Shown one piece after another: positions 62,670-64,000 of a stretch of DNA of 64,000 bases. The stretch is from the NCBI RefSeq assembly GCF_020745735.1, contig NC_083432.1:35364533-35428532 (forward strand), written 5' to 3'. A program made the translations under genes and the position numbers. Origin of the DNA: Hemiscyllium ocellatum. Lineage: Eukaryota. Every line of letters starts with the position of its first letter. The stretch's first letter is position 1. The notes below the pieces were generated by a model that saw only the letters and a program-made list of their open reading frames with translations, had not been told where the DNA came from and ran no database searches.

Positions 62670-63290
62670 GCTCTTGATCAGATGAGCCAAAGGGAATGAG
62701 TGGCAAATGGAGCTTTGTTTAGTTAAATGTGAGGTGCATTTCAGGAAGGCAAATCAGGGTAAGACTTATATACTTAACAGTAAGGTTCTGGGGAGTTTTG
62801 CTGAACAAAAAGACCTTGGAGTACAAATTCATAGTTCCTTGAAAGTGGAGTTGCAGGTAGACAGATAGTGAAGAAGACGTTTGGTATGCTTGCCTTTATT
62901 GGCCTGTGTATTGCGTATAGGAGTTGAGAGGTCATGTCATAGCTCCAGGACATTGGTTATGCCACTTTTGGAATACAGTACTGAGTGCAGTTCTGATCTC
63001 CCTGCTGTAGGAAGGATGTTGTGAAACTTGAAAGGGTTCAGAAAAGATGTACAAGGATGTTGCCAGTGTGGAGGGTTTGAGCCATTAGGAGAGGCTGAGG
63101 CTATTTTCTCTGGAACGTCAGAGACTGAGGGGTGCCCTTATATAGGTTTATAAAATCATGAGGGGCATGAATAGGATAAATGCCCAAGGTCTTTTCCCTG
63201 GGGTGGGGAAGTCCAGAATTAGCAAACATAGATTTAAGGTGATGGAGAAAAATATAAAAGGGACTTAAGGGGCAATCTTTTCACACAGAT
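62670..63290 (+). mobile_element. CR1/HER1 3' fragment
   Basis: Matches 31815-32452. Confidence 0.75.
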
Positions 63291-63519
63291 GTGAAGTACT
63301 AAAGAAACCTAGATTGCTATTAAGTCTTTAATCACATAGAATGGTATTACAGAGTTTGAATGAGTAATATGTAACTGCATTGTCTGAGCTGAGATGTCAC
63401 TTTTGTTTATAAAACCTTAAGTTATGTCAGGACTGTGACTTGACAGAAGTTCTGGGATTTACATATTAATCACTTGAAACCTGCATCCCCATTCTCAGTG
63501 TTTAAAGACTATAAGACAT

Positions 63520-64000
63520 TGAAGTGGAAGCAAGGCCATTTGGCCCATCGAGTCCACTCCGTCATTTAATCATGGCTGATAGGCGTTTTAATTTCCTTAC
63601 CTGCACTCTCCCCATAGCCCCTAATTCCTTGCGAGATCAAGAATTTATCAATCTCTGTCTTGAAAATACCCAACGTCCGGTCTCCACTATGTTCCGTGAC
63701 AATGAATTCCACAGGCCCACCACTTTCTGGCTAAAGAACTGTCTCCTGATTTCTGTTCTAAATTGACCCCCCTAATATTAAGGTTGTTCCCACAGGTCCT
63801 AGTCTCCCTGCCTAATGGAATCAAATTCCCAGCGTTCACCCTTTCTAAGCCATGCATTATCTTGTAAGTTTCTATTAGATCTCCCCTCAACCTTCTAAAC
63901 TGTAATGAATACAATCCCAGGATCCTCAGCCAATCATCATAGGCCTACCATTCTAGGGATCATCCGTGTGAATCTCCGTTGGACATGCTGCAGAGCCACT
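63520..64000 (-). mobile_element. LINE (CR1-like) 3' end, truncated by the window
   Basis: YSLQFRRLRGDLIETYKIMHG motif. Confidence 0.7.

Overview
Eukaryotic genomic DNA, most likely from a shark: it carries HE1/V-SINEs, HER1-like CR1 LINEs and abundant Penelope-like elements (PLEs). Three minus-strand genes lie in the order known from human 17q21. RUNDC1 has a 5-exon CDS (58614->39191, 566 aa) plus a probable 9-nt microexon at 54085-54093. RPL27 is complete (CDS 27100->20840, 136 aa, 5'TOP non-coding exon 1). The third is the 5' end of an ISRE-driven gene assigned to IFI35 by synteny (non-coding exon 1 near 13.2 kb; coding pieces at 4241-4258, 4120-4143 and 1-16). The rest is mostly transposable-element debris. 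The most notable extra signals are: (i) several PLE families carrying minimal hammerhead-ribozyme cores, repeatedly inserted as fold-back hairpins with 12-17 bp direct repeats, including a ~555 bp palindrome with an intact core on each strand; (ii) a frame-preserving RUNDC1 microexon with an SRRM3/4-type UGC signature; (iii) a possible cryptic alternative RPL27 3' end encoding an NLS-like tail; (iv) a CR1 rearrangement hotspot with a locally templated 19-nt insertion; (v) non-TOP and read-through splice options for RPL27. Exon coordinates were checked by hand against GT-AG sites and phase. Repeat boundaries are approximate. No database search was run.
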